Shown here: positions 39,133 to 48,385 of the stretch, piece by piece
Layout of the letters: each line of letters opens with the position of its first letter
Numbering within the stretch: the stretch's first letter is position 1
DNA from: an uncultured Rhodospirillaceae bacterium
GTDB lineage: Bacteria; Pseudomonadota; Alphaproteobacteria; MPNO01; UBA830
Assembly (NCBI GenBank): GCA_964412235.1
Contig: CAYPNT010000002.1
Location: forward strand, 33,051-97,050
Direction: 5' to 3'
Length of the DNA stretch: 64,000 nucleotides
The notes under the pieces: model-generated
Told to the model about the DNA's origin: nothing
Database searches by the model: none
Seen by the model: the letters and a program-made list of their open reading frames with translations, nothing else
Made by a program: the position numbers and the translations under genes

Positions 39133-40767
39133 CTAGCGAGCCTTGCCAGGAAATATAAGGTGCCAGGGGTCGGGCACTTCCCCGAGAGGGTATTCTATTA
39201 GGCTGGGCCCAGGGGTTGCAAACGCCTTATCTATCTCTCGTTCAAGTTCAGCGGGGGAACTAACCCTTGCACCCTGTATCCCAAACGCATCTGCAATCTT
39301 CATAAAATCAGGATTCTTTAAGTCTACCGCTATTTCCTTTCCGTTAAATAGTTGTTGCTGAAATCGCTTCACATTTCCGTACGCGCCATCATTAAACACA
39401 ACCAGGACCACGTCTATGCCGTGTTGTGCCGCTGTCGCTAGTTCCTGAATATTGAATAAAAAACCACCGTCTCCAGTAATCGCCAGAACTTTTCTGTCCG
39501 GCAGTCCAACCTTTGCGCCCATCGCCGTGGGTGACGCATAACCTAGTGTCCCTTGGTAACCGGGGTTTATAAAGGTTCGGGGTTGATAAACAGGAAACGC
39601 TAGACGGGCCACGTAGCCTGGTTGTGTCAGTTCCTCCACAAAAATACCATCTTCTGGTAAAGCGTTGCGGATGGCCTGAAGTATTGGCATCTGAGGACTA
39701 AGTTTTTCAAATTCCTTTTGCACGCCGGCCTTGAGTTCCCGCATTTCCGCCGTCCGATCCATACGTTTTGGACTGTAACGGGGCACAGCAGCACACAACG
39801 CAGCAAGTCCCAACGCCGCGTCTGTTTCAATCGCCACATCCGGGATACTGCTTCGCGTTATTTCTTCGGGATCAACATCCAGTCGTATAAGTTTTAGCGA
39901 ATCATCGGTGCCCCAGGTAGGAATCATCGGCACCAAACGCGTCCCAACACCTAATATAAGGTCAGCATCCTTCCACAGCCGGTGACCATGCGGCGGTGTG
40001 AGGGCTAATGGGTGGCGGGAATCAATAACGCCAAGGGCACTGCGTGACATTACAACAGGCGCCTGAAGAGTTTCGGCCAAACGACCAAGCTCTATCCCCG
40101 CTTCCGTTGTGCCTCCACCAGCAAAAATTAGCGGTCGCTTAGCGTTACCCAGCAACTCGGCAGCAGCTTCCACCTTATCCGGATCAGGTTCTCTTTTTGT
40201 GTAGTTTTCGGGTGGATCTAAAGTAATCATCGGTTCAACCGCCTTCATGACGTCAAGTGCCATTTCGACCTCGACTGGTCTCGGTCGGCCCGTTTGGAGT
40301 TGCCTAAAGGCTTCCGCCATTATCTCGGGTGTCTCGGAAGGGGTCGGTATTCTTTGCGCGAACTTCGTCAATCCACTGGCGATAGCAAGCTGATCTGGCA
40401 GCTCGTGTAACTGCCCCGTGCCACGGCCAATAAGGGATGAAGGTATTTGGCCGGCTATGCACAGCATGCGTGAATTTAACGCATAACCGGTTGATATTGC
40501 GGCCGACGCGTTAAGCAATCCGGGACCGGGTACTACAATTGCAGTTCCAACACGCCCGGTCGCCTGGGCATATCCAAGCGCCATATACCCGGCTCCCTGC
40601 TCATGTCGCGTATGTATTACGCGGATCCGGTTTTGAGCATCGTATAACGCGTCAAAGAGGGGATCGAGCTGAACGCCAGGAATACCGAATACGGTGTCCA
40701 CGCCGTGTCGAACCAATGCATCAACTATGGCCTCGCCCCCGCTCATACTCTTTTGTTTTTGGCTCAT
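39133..40767 (-). CDS. Thiamine diphosphate-dependent enzyme (acetolactate synthase large subunit-like)
   Basis: N-terminal PYR domain 'GIPGVQLDPLFDAL', ThDP motif 'GDGGFLFNIQELATA...VVFNDGAYG'. Confidence 0.8.
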   Translation of the reverse strand: MSQKQKSMSGGEAIVDALVRHGVDTVFGIPGVQLDPLFDALYDAQNRIRVIHTRHEQGAGYMALGYAQATGRVGTAIVVPGPGLLNASAAISTGYALNSRMLCIAGQIPSSLIGRGTGQLHELPDQLAIASGLTKFAQRIPTPSETPEIMAEAFRQLQTGRPRPVEVEMALDVMKAVEPMITLDPPENYTKREPDPDKVEAAAELLGNAKRPLIFAGGGTTEAGIELGRLAETLQAPVVMSRSALGVIDSRHPLALTPPHGHRLWKDADLILGVGTRLVPMIPTWGTDDSLKLIRLDVDPEEITRSSIPDVAIETDAALGLAALCAAVPRYSPKRMDRTAEMRELKAGVQKEFEKLSPQMPILQAIRNALPEDGIFVEELTQPGYVARLAFPVYQPRTFINPGYQGTLGYASPTAMGAKVGLPDRKVLAITGDGGFLFNIQELATAAQHGIDVVLVVFNDGAYGNVKRFQQQLFNGKEIAVDLKNPDFMKIADAFGIQGARVSSPAELEREIDKAFATPGPSLIEYPLGEVPDPWHLIFPGKAR

Positions 40768-40864
40768 ACACCCGTCCCCTGTTTAAGATATTCTGTTAAC
40801 CTGCCCTAAATAATATATTAATGTGAAACTACCGCGTCAGGCGTGATAACAAATAGGAAATTTT

Positions 40865-41176
40865 ATGGGCGTTGCCGACACAAAACGCGATCTCGCAGCA
40901 AACAAAATGATTTATGCTGTGCGCCGCGATCCGTCACTCTATCAGAATTTTACGCAAAATCTTGAATCTATTATGGAGAATTACGGACTGTCGGAGGCTG
41001 AACGGGAAGCTTTCCGTGATCTTGACATAAAGCGTTTAAGTGAACTCGGGGTACACCCTTATTTTCTGCCCCAGGTTTCACGACTTTTTCACGGCGGCAC
41101 CTATAACCATAACAAATCTGTGGCAGCCCAAGCCTACGGTGACAGTATGGTCAAAAGCAAAGAGGATGTTGATTGA
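40865..41176 (+). CDS. Extradiol ring-cleavage dioxygenase, LigA (small) subunit-like
   Basis: 103 aa. Immediately precedes and abuts a LigB-type gene. Helical LigA-like sequence 'LSEAEREAFRDLDIKRLSELGVHPY'. Confidence 0.65.
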   Translation: MGVADTKRDLAANKMIYAVRRDPSLYQNFTQNLESIMENYGLSEAEREAFRDLDIKRLSELGVHPYFLPQVSRLFHGGTYNHNKSVAAQAYGDSMVKSKEDVD

Positions 41177-42036
41177 TGGCAGAACTTGTTTTCGTTACAG
41201 GTTTGAGCCATGCGCCAGGGTTGACTGGCTGGCTGGACCAAGCACCACCCCATGAACAAAAAGCTCTAACCGATGGATTTAGCGAACTGGGAAACTTACT
41301 TCGGGCAAGTAAGCCGGACCTGATCATTGGACTGGCAAACGATCATATACTCAACATGCCCCTTCACGATATACACGATTTTTGTGTGGGCACAGCTGGT
41401 GTTTGGAAGGGACCAGCCGAATGGTTCCGCGACTGGGTTAATGTAGCGCCCTATAGCGTGCGAGGTGCGCCGGACGCCGCACAAATCCTGTTTCAAGAAC
41501 TCAGAAAAGGGAATTTCGACGTTACAAGTAAATCGGAACTCCTATTTGACGATAATTGGTCGGTGCCCCTCAAATACTTGACGCCAGAATACGATATACC
41601 GCTCATACCTATCCATATGAATTGCGTCGTGCCTCCCGTGCCAGACCCCAAACACTGTTACACATTTGGGAAAGCGATGAAGGAAATCATACAGAATAAA
41701 TTACCCGCCAACCTGCGGGTTGCTTTAATGGGAACGGGAGGATTGTCACACGACCCTGGCGGTCCGAAGTATTTTGATGTCAACGAAGAATTCGATCGCT
41801 GGTTTTTGGATCTACTAAAAGAGGGTGACCCTGATAAAGTTCTTCGGGAATGTACCATGGATAAAATGGTCGCAGCAGGTGACGGAGGCACGTCCGAACT
41901 GATCGCCTGGATTGCTGCCATGGGAACAGTTGACGATCGAAAAGCGAACATAGTGTGTTATGAACCAGCCGTAGAACTCCGCTGCGGCATGGGTTGTGTG
42001 TATTGGGACATGGAAACGGAGAGCGCCAATGTCTAA
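41176..42036 (+). CDS. Class III extradiol dioxygenase, LigB (catalytic) subunit-like
   Basis: 286 aa. N-terminal 'GLSHAPG' and 'ANDHILN' His motifs. The start ATG overlaps the ligA-like TGA (TGATG). Confidence 0.75.
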   Translation: MAELVFVTGLSHAPGLTGWLDQAPPHEQKALTDGFSELGNLLRASKPDLIIGLANDHILNMPLHDIHDFCVGTAGVWKGPAEWFRDWVNVAPYSVRGAPDAAQILFQELRKGNFDVTSKSELLFDDNWSVPLKYLTPEYDIPLIPIHMNCVVPPVPDPKHCYTFGKAMKEIIQNKLPANLRVALMGTGGLSHDPGGPKYFDVNEEFDRWFLDLLKEGDPDKVLRECTMDKMVAAGDGGTSELIAWIAAMGTVDDRKANIVCYEPAVELRCGMGCVYWDMETESANV

Positions 42037-42664
42037 AACCCAATTAGAACTGCTCGAAAACTTGGGAGAAATTCTCAATCCGGCCCACACCGCTATGCTA
42101 ATAATTGACATGCAAAACGATTTTTGCGCTGAAAACGGATATATTCATGTCACGCAAGGCGCGGACATGAGGGGAAACAAGCCCCTGTCCGAGCGAATAG
42201 GAAAACTAGTCGAAAAAGCGCGAACAGCGGGCGTAATGGTTGTTTGGATAAAGGCGATCTACGATCACGATTTATTACCTGCGCCCATGCTCTCGAAAAT
42301 GCTTGAGAAAGGGAGCGGGGCAGTCTGTTGTGCGTCCAACAGCTGGGGAGCAGATTTCTATGAAATAGGACCTACCATGGATGAAATGGTCGTAGAAAAA
42401 CGTTGTTATTCTGCATTCCACAACACCCAACTAGACGATATTCTTCGTCGCCGTGGAATTCGAAGCGTAGTAATGACGGGTGTCGCAACCAATGTCTGCG
42501 TAGAAAGCACTTTGCGAGAAGCATTTTTTCATGGCTATTACGTCGTCATGCCACCTGACTGCGTAGGCAGCGCCAATGTTGCTCTGCACGAAGCAACAGT
42601 TAAGTCCGTTGACTTTATATTCGGAGAAATTCCCCAAAGCTCCGCCATAATGGAGCATTGGTAG
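42029..42664 (+). CDS. Isochorismatase-family cysteine hydrolase (amidase-type)
   Basis: Catalytic motifs 'LIIDMQNDF' and 'GVATNVCVEST'. 8-bp overlap with the ligB-like gene. Confidence 0.8.
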   Translation: MSKTQLELLENLGEILNPAHTAMLIIDMQNDFCAENGYIHVTQGADMRGNKPLSERIGKLVEKARTAGVMVVWIKAIYDHDLLPAPMLSKMLEKGSGAVCCASNSWGADFYEIGPTMDEMVVEKRCYSAFHNTQLDDILRRRGIRSVVMTGVATNVCVESTLREAFFHGYYVVMPPDCVGSANVALHEATVKSVDFIFGEIPQSSAIMEHW

Positions 42665-42761
42665 AAATTAGGAAAACCTGAATTTCCATTTGGTGTATTT
42701 TGTAAAGTAGTGATATTGCAAAGGGACGACGGGCCCCAATAGCCTTCCTGCCAAATTATAG

Positions 42762-43841
42762 TTATACCCCTGACGGGGGGTTTCCCTCCCAAGCATCCTG
42801 CAATAAAAGCCGGATCGCATCTCGGTCATAGTCACGTAAGTTGAAATATTGATCCACCATAATGCGGTCGGCCGCATCATCCAAAGCCGCTTCCGCCATA
42901 CCAAGATCTTGGAGAGCCGAAACGGCACCGCTTTTTCCTAATAAGTCAAAAAGGGCTTGCGGGGCGTCGCTGTCCGGTACATCAAAGGCTCGCGCAATTC
43001 CCCGCATCGCGTCCTTCGCCACGTTGCGGTTGTAACTCGTTGAATGGGGCAAGATTATTCCATGCGTGGGACCATGTGGGAGGTTAAACCCCCCTCCCAA
43101 AACATGTGCAATCTTATGATGAATTGTTGTCCCGGAAGACATTAATGTCATCCCACACAACCATGCACCATGCAGGGCGTCTGAGCGTGCTTCAATATCA
43201 CGAGTATTCTTAGCAAGGTTAACGAGAGCGGAGGACATGGTTCGGATACCATGTTCCGAATACATATCAGCCACTGGATTGGCGGTTTTCCCCAGGAAAG
43301 AGCTCACAGCATGGGAAATAGAATTAAAACCACTCGCAATAGATACGTCGAGCGGCAAATCCAATGTTAGCTCAGGGTCATAAAACAAGGTCTTGGCAAG
43401 CATGCGCATGGATCGGTAATTAGTGCGCACACCATCTTGGCCAATTATTCCCTGTAAAGCAGTCGTTTCAGACCCAGAGTATGTCGTTACAATAGAAATA
43501 AAAGGAATATCCAATTCCAAAGCGATTGATTTAGCGAGCCCAACCGCCGTGCCTCCCCCATAGGAAATCAGACAGTCCGCTCGCTCATCAGAGGCCATGG
43601 AACGTCCTTTTTCGGCGACCTCTATCGGTACGAAAATCTTAGCGGCATCACAAATACCAACAACGATATTGCCTAATTGATCGCCAAGCTTCTTGACTGC
43701 TCCCACTCGGCTTTTTGTACAACAGAAGAGCACCCGATTGACTTTTAGTCTGTGGAGTTCTTCCTCAAGAAAGTTAATGCACCCGGCCCCGTGCAGAACT
43801 CGGTAGGGCATCCCTATATGGGTAAATTGTCGCAAGGGCAT
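42762..43841 (-). CDS. Iron-containing alcohol dehydrogenase family, maleylacetate reductase-like
   Basis: 'GGGTAVGLAK', His cluster 'HHKIAHVLGG...LPHG'. ATG at 43841 (track ORF begins at TTG 43901). Confidence 0.7.
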   Translation of the reverse strand: MPLRQFTHIGMPYRVLHGAGCINFLEEELHRLKVNRVLFCCTKSRVGAVKKLGDQLGNIVVGICDAAKIFVPIEVAEKGRSMASDERADCLISYGGGTAVGLAKSIALELDIPFISIVTTYSGSETTALQGIIGQDGVRTNYRSMRMLAKTLFYDPELTLDLPLDVSIASGFNSISHAVSSFLGKTANPVADMYSEHGIRTMSSALVNLAKNTRDIEARSDALHGAWLCGMTLMSSGTTIHHKIAHVLGGGFNLPHGPTHGIILPHSTSYNRNVAKDAMRGIARAFDVPDSDAPQALFDLLGKSGAVSALQDLGMAEAALDDAADRIMVDQYFNLRDYDRDAIRLLLQDAWEGNPPSGV

Positions 43842-43934
43842 TTCTCCAATGGCCTGTAAAATATGCTTTAGACGATTGCGCAGTCGCCAATCATGGCACA
43901 ATATTGCGCAAATTCATCATCTCGGAAACACACT

Positions 43935-44333
43935 ATGTCAGATAACAAAATTATATCGGATTTCATGGTAAACCGCGTAAAAGAAAACCCTTTCGTGAGC
44001 GGTGGCTTGCGTGTCTACCGAGAGTACCGCGACCTCGGTATTGGCAAAGCGACGAAAGGGCGCGTACACGCGCACATTATCCGAACGACCAAGCCGTGCC
44101 CTGAGGGAGGAAGTGGGCTCCACTGTCACGAGGTGGATTTTCAAATGGTTATGGTCCTCAAAGGAACCTCTACTGTGTGGTTCGAGGGCCAGGGAGAAGT
44201 AACATTTGAAGAAGGTGACGCCTGGATTCAACCACCAGAAATCAAGCATAATGTTCTCTATTATTCGGACGACTACGAAGTACTGGAAATAACGCTACCT
44301 GAGAAATACAACACCGTCCAACTGAACGAGTGA
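43935..44333 (+). CDS. Cupin domain protein
   Basis: Cupin motif 'GLHCHEVDFQMVMVLKG'. ATG at 43935. Confidence 0.7.
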   Translation: MSDNKIISDFMVNRVKENPFVSGGLRVYREYRDLGIGKATKGRVHAHIIRTTKPCPEGGSGLHCHEVDFQMVMVLKGTSTVWFEGQGEVTFEEGDAWIQPPEIKHNVLYYSDDYEVLEITLPEKYNTVQLNE

Positions 44334-44360
44334 GAATATCTCGCCCAGTTTTACCTCGTT

Positions 44361-45356
44361 CTATCCGAAGGATCTTTTCATGAGTCGCTCAGCGTTTCCC
44401 TTGTAGATTTTCGATTGAACATCAGTTTCAAGTTCCATTCGTTTCAGGGATTCGAACGTTTCCGCGACCGGCGCAAATGGCGCATCAGTTGAAAACACCA
44501 CATTATCGGCACCAAAATATCGAAGACCGGTAGGAAATGCAGAGGATGAGCCAAACATAGCGGTATCACCATAAAACATCCGAAAATATTCACCATGAGG
44601 CCGTTTGAGTGAAGATAAAACGTTAGAATAGTCTTCGTCGGACGTACGGGCGCCTAAAACATCAAGACCGGCTCCCACTCGCTCTTCGAAGTAGGGGATC
44701 ATGCCGCCAAGGTGGTGGGTAAGAATTTTAATTTTTGGGTAACGATCAAAAACGCCCCACAGAACCAGACGCACCATTGCTACAGAGGTTTCGTACGGCC
44801 AACCAAGTGCCCACCAGAGTTCAAACCTCGACTTCTCTTCCGCAGCGTAATCAGTCATATCCGATGTTCGAGCGGGGTGCATCCATATCGGAAGATCGTA
44901 ATCTGCCATGGCCGCAAATACTGGTTCGTAATCTGAGTGATCAAGTGGTCGCCCCCCAACATTGGTAAATATTTGAACTCCCACGGCGCCAAGGTCAGTC
45001 ACCGCCCGATGCAACTCTTCCATCGTTTCATCCATAGAGTGCATCGCGAGAGCCGCCACAAAACCGGGAAACCGGTCGCGGTTCTTTTCGACCATTTCAG
45101 CCATGGTATCGTTACCAATTCTCGCTAATTCAATGCCCTGTTCTGGAGTTGTTATATCTTCAATTGGCGGGTTTGGTAGGGATATAATTTGTTTGTAATC
45201 CCCAAATGGATCCATTGCGCGGAACCGAGCGTCAAGGTCATGAACTGCTGTGACCGATTGCATACGTTTTCCGATATTGCCAAGCCTTGGCGCTATCGTG
45301 CTCATCCGCTCGTAGAACGCATTCGGAAATATATGGGTATAAATATCAATATACAT
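44361..45356 (-). CDS. Amidohydrolase_2 family protein (ACMSD / LigW / PicC-type non-oxidative decarboxylase-like)
   Basis: 'MYIDIYTHIFP' metal-binding N-terminus, about 331 aa. Confidence 0.75.
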   Translation of the reverse strand: MYIDIYTHIFPNAFYERMSTIAPRLGNIGKRMQSVTAVHDLDARFRAMDPFGDYKQIISLPNPPIEDITTPEQGIELARIGNDTMAEMVEKNRDRFPGFVAALAMHSMDETMEELHRAVTDLGAVGVQIFTNVGGRPLDHSDYEPVFAAMADYDLPIWMHPARTSDMTDYAAEEKSRFELWWALGWPYETSVAMVRLVLWGVFDRYPKIKILTHHLGGMIPYFEERVGAGLDVLGARTSDEDYSNVLSSLKRPHGEYFRMFYGDTAMFGSSSAFPTGLRYFGADNVVFSTDAPFAPVAETFESLKRMELETDVQSKIYKGNAERLMKRSFG

Positions 45357-45536
45357 GGGTCGGCCCTCCACTGACTACTCAAGGGTACCCTAATTACCTT
45401 GCCCCCGGGTACCCCAAAGTACCTTTTTATAATGCTCGTTACCTCTCGAAAAACTTTCTCGGAGTTTCGGTTAGGATGTCCCGCTTTCTATGTGCTAGGA
45501 AGAACCCGGCTATTCCTGCTTGATTTGGGGAAAATT

Positions 45537-46496
45537 ATGGACATTGGGACTACCGTAAAACAACAAAACATCAGTCACAGAAAGTTCCAAAATCCGCACG
45601 TTACCGTCGACGGAAAACCGCGAGCTGTAGTACCACTTAAAAAACTACAAACGCTTTGGATCAATACGGGAACGCTGTGTAATCTTTCATGTACTAATTG
45701 CTACATTGAATCGAGCCCAACCAATAATCGTTTGGTGTACATTACTGCGGCAGAAGTAAGGTCCTATTTGGATGAAATCATTGAAGAAAATCTTGGAACA
45801 AAGGAAATCGGCTTTACGGGTGGTGAGCCGTTTATGAACCCAGAGTTTATACTAATTCTGGACCTTTCACTATCTCGGGGTTTCCCAACGCTCGTCCTCA
45901 CAAACGGTATGAAGCCTATGGAGAAAGTCGGCGAGAGGCTCCTTCAACTCAATGAGCAGTATAATGATCAACTAACCGTGCGATTGTCTATCGACCATTA
46001 CGACAGCTTTTATCATGAGCTAGAGCGTGGCCCACACAGCTGGTCCCCTTCCTTAGAAGGGCTTTCTTGGCTATCCAAAAATAATTTCAACCTCCGGATA
46101 GCAGGGCGAACGCTTTGGAAGCAAACCGAGGCAGAGTTACGTGAAGGTTACGGTAGATTATTTTCACGCCTTCATCTAAAGCTTGATGCGTGGGATCCCA
46201 CCCAACTCGTACTTTTTCCCGAAATAGATGAAAACGCTGACGTGCCAGAAATATCCAAGGAATGCTGGAATGTTCTAAAGGTGTCACCTGATGCGATGAT
46301 GTGCTCGTCCTCACGCATGGTCATCAAGCGCCGTGGCATGGACAAACCTACCGTCGTTTCGTGTACGCTCCTACCGTACGACCAACGCTTTGACTTGGGG
46401 GTCACTCTGGACAGCGCGAAAGTACCAGTGACCTTGAACCATCCACATTGCGCAAAGTTCTGCGTTTTGGGTGGGGGAAGTTGCAGTTCAGCCTAA
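45537..46496 (+). CDS. Radical SAM protein with Cys-rich C-terminus, function unknown
   Basis: 'CNLSCTNCY' CX3CX2C, 'GFTGGEPFMNPEF', C-terminal 'HPHCAKFCVLGGGSCS'. ATG at 45537. Confidence 0.75.
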   Translation: MDIGTTVKQQNISHRKFQNPHVTVDGKPRAVVPLKKLQTLWINTGTLCNLSCTNCYIESSPTNNRLVYITAAEVRSYLDEIIEENLGTKEIGFTGGEPFMNPEFILILDLSLSRGFPTLVLTNGMKPMEKVGERLLQLNEQYNDQLTVRLSIDHYDSFYHELERGPHSWSPSLEGLSWLSKNNFNLRIAGRTLWKQTEAELREGYGRLFSRLHLKLDAWDPTQLVLFPEIDENADVPEISKECWNVLKVSPDAMMCSSSRMVIKRRGMDKPTVVSCTLLPYDQRFDLGVTLDSAKVPVTLNHPHCAKFCVLGGGSCSSA

Positions 46497-46545
46497 CACG
46501 AGAACCTTTAACCCAAGCCACCCGTGGTTCCTGAGTCGGATTATT

Positions 46546-47253
46546 CTATAAGGTTTCGGAAAGCCATTCGATCATTTTATTGAATGAATCCGAGGTGGCT
46601 GTGGCTCGATACCCGTGCGGATTAGTAAAATTTTGAAACGCATGTCCGCAACCTGGATAGGAATGAAACTCGTGTTCTACGCCTAGTTCCGTGAGACGAC
46701 CGTCTATCTTAGCGACGTCTTCGGGTGTTGGATTTTCGTCATCTTCGCCAAAAAACCCTATTACGGGACCCCGCAAACTTTCAAGTTTTTCAAAGGGCGT
46801 CTGCTCCGCACTTCCCCAAGCCTTGAACATATTCCCACCGTAATAAACGACATTACATTTAAATGCCGTGATAGATGCGGCCCCGAGGAAAGACACACGA
46901 CCGCCCATACAGTGCCCTGCAATACCAAATCTTTCTGGATCTACGAAGGGAAAATCCGAGAGCAATGAAACAGTTGTCTCTAAATCTTTAAGGATCTCAC
47001 TATCGTCCAAATGTTTAAGAGATTCCCGTGTATCCTCGCCCTCTGGGCGACGGTGATGGAGGTTGGGCGCCGCAGCCACGTAACCATGCCCCGCGAGATC
47101 TTGAACGAATTTTGTGGTTGCCGCATCGTTGCCCGCACGGTGATGAGCTACGACAATTGCGGGATGGGACCCATGTCCAAGTGGCTCGTCAATAAACACC
47201 GCCATCTTGCTTCCATCGACGACTAATTCCTCCGAGTGCGCTTTGGAACCCAT
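46546..47253 (-). CDS. Dienelactone hydrolase family protein
   Basis: Nucleophile elbow with Cys 'GHCMGG', C-terminal 'GCGHAF'. Confidence 0.8.
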   Translation of the reverse strand: MGSKAHSEELVVDGSKMAVFIDEPLGHGSHPAIVVAHHRAGNDAATTKFVQDLAGHGYVAAAPNLHHRRPEGEDTRESLKHLDDSEILKDLETTVSLLSDFPFVDPERFGIAGHCMGGRVSFLGAASITAFKCNVVYYGGNMFKAWGSAEQTPFEKLESLRGPVIGFFGEDDENPTPEDVAKIDGRLTELGVEHEFHSYPGCGHAFQNFTNPHGYRATATSDSFNKMIEWLSETL

Positions 47254-47300
47254 TAGCTTCTCCTTCTGAATTTTTGCAGTTAGTCAGCACTGTTAAACAT

Positions 47301-48284
47301 TCAAGCATCTGCCCGAGCACGAACATTTTTTTTCTGCTTTAACCGAGTATCCCGACTTTCCCGTGTTGGAGGTAACACGTGTTCCCTTTTTATGCCGCTT
47401 GCGAGCATCCATTCGGCGAAGGTTTCCGGCGCAGGGTCCCAATTACCCGGTTCCCAGTCTTCCGTCAGAAAATCCTCATCGCAAAAATATTCTGTGGAAC
47501 CACCCGCTGGACATTCAAAATACCAAAAATAGCACGAAGATACGTGATGTCTTCCTGGGCCTATCGCTACCTTGTGCTTTTTGTTTTGAAAATATGTCCC
47601 ACCCGCAAATAGTTCATGAATGTCGTCCACACCGAAGGCCACATGATTGATAGAAGGTTTTCTATTGGCGGCCTCAAGAAAGAATAAGTTGTGATGGCCT
47701 CCGCGTGCCGACGCACGCATAAAAACCCCCCGACCCGTATAATAGTCAGACACCCTAAAACCGAGCCGCTCTGTATAAAATTTTTCCATCTTCCCAATGT
47801 CGGGGACCATAAACACACAGTGACCAATATGAGAGGGAACTGCTCGACCATGATAGGTCGCCCGAGCATTTATTCGGCCCGCATTTGCCAGTGAATTCAT
47901 CGGTTGAACGTTATCACTTAATTTTCGCCGGCGCGTGAGACGAAATGCGATGCCCAGACCCATATCGTCTATTGAGTGGAGTGTCCCGTCGGGGTCTACG
48001 CGAACCAGACGGTCCCTAGATAGCTCTCGTTTTATCTGGTTGAGATCTTTCTTGGCTGTCACCCCCCATACAACTTCTCGCACCGTCGAACCTCGCTGAA
48101 TCGCTTTCGGCAGGTTTTTTACTAAACGCGGACGAATAATAATTTCCGATCCATCACGTGTTTGAAAAATTGAACGCGATTTTTGACCGGAGATTTTCTT
48201 TAAACCCCAATCAGAGAAGTAGGTATTACACTTAGCCATGTTTGCGACACCGTACACAACGGCATCAATTCCATTCAGCGGCAT
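47301..48284 (-). CDS. Two-domain VOC (glyoxalase/extradiol dioxygenase) family protein
   Basis: 327 aa. Repeated beta-alpha-beta-beta-beta modules ('IGHCVFMVPD', 'INHVAFGVDD'). Confidence 0.7.
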   Translation of the reverse strand: MPLNGIDAVVYGVANMAKCNTYFSDWGLKKISGQKSRSIFQTRDGSEIIIRPRLVKNLPKAIQRGSTVREVVWGVTAKKDLNQIKRELSRDRLVRVDPDGTLHSIDDMGLGIAFRLTRRRKLSDNVQPMNSLANAGRINARATYHGRAVPSHIGHCVFMVPDIGKMEKFYTERLGFRVSDYYTGRGVFMRASARGGHHNLFFLEAANRKPSINHVAFGVDDIHELFAGGTYFQNKKHKVAIGPGRHHVSSCYFWYFECPAGGSTEYFCDEDFLTEDWEPGNWDPAPETFAEWMLASGIKREHVLPPTRESRDTRLKQKKNVRARADA

Positions 48285-48385
48285 TATTAATCCCCTATCT
48301 ATCGGCCTGCCAAATACTGTAATTTAGTGACAGTATTGTCTTGCGTCCAACCACAATATAGACGAGCAGACTGGACAACGGCATA

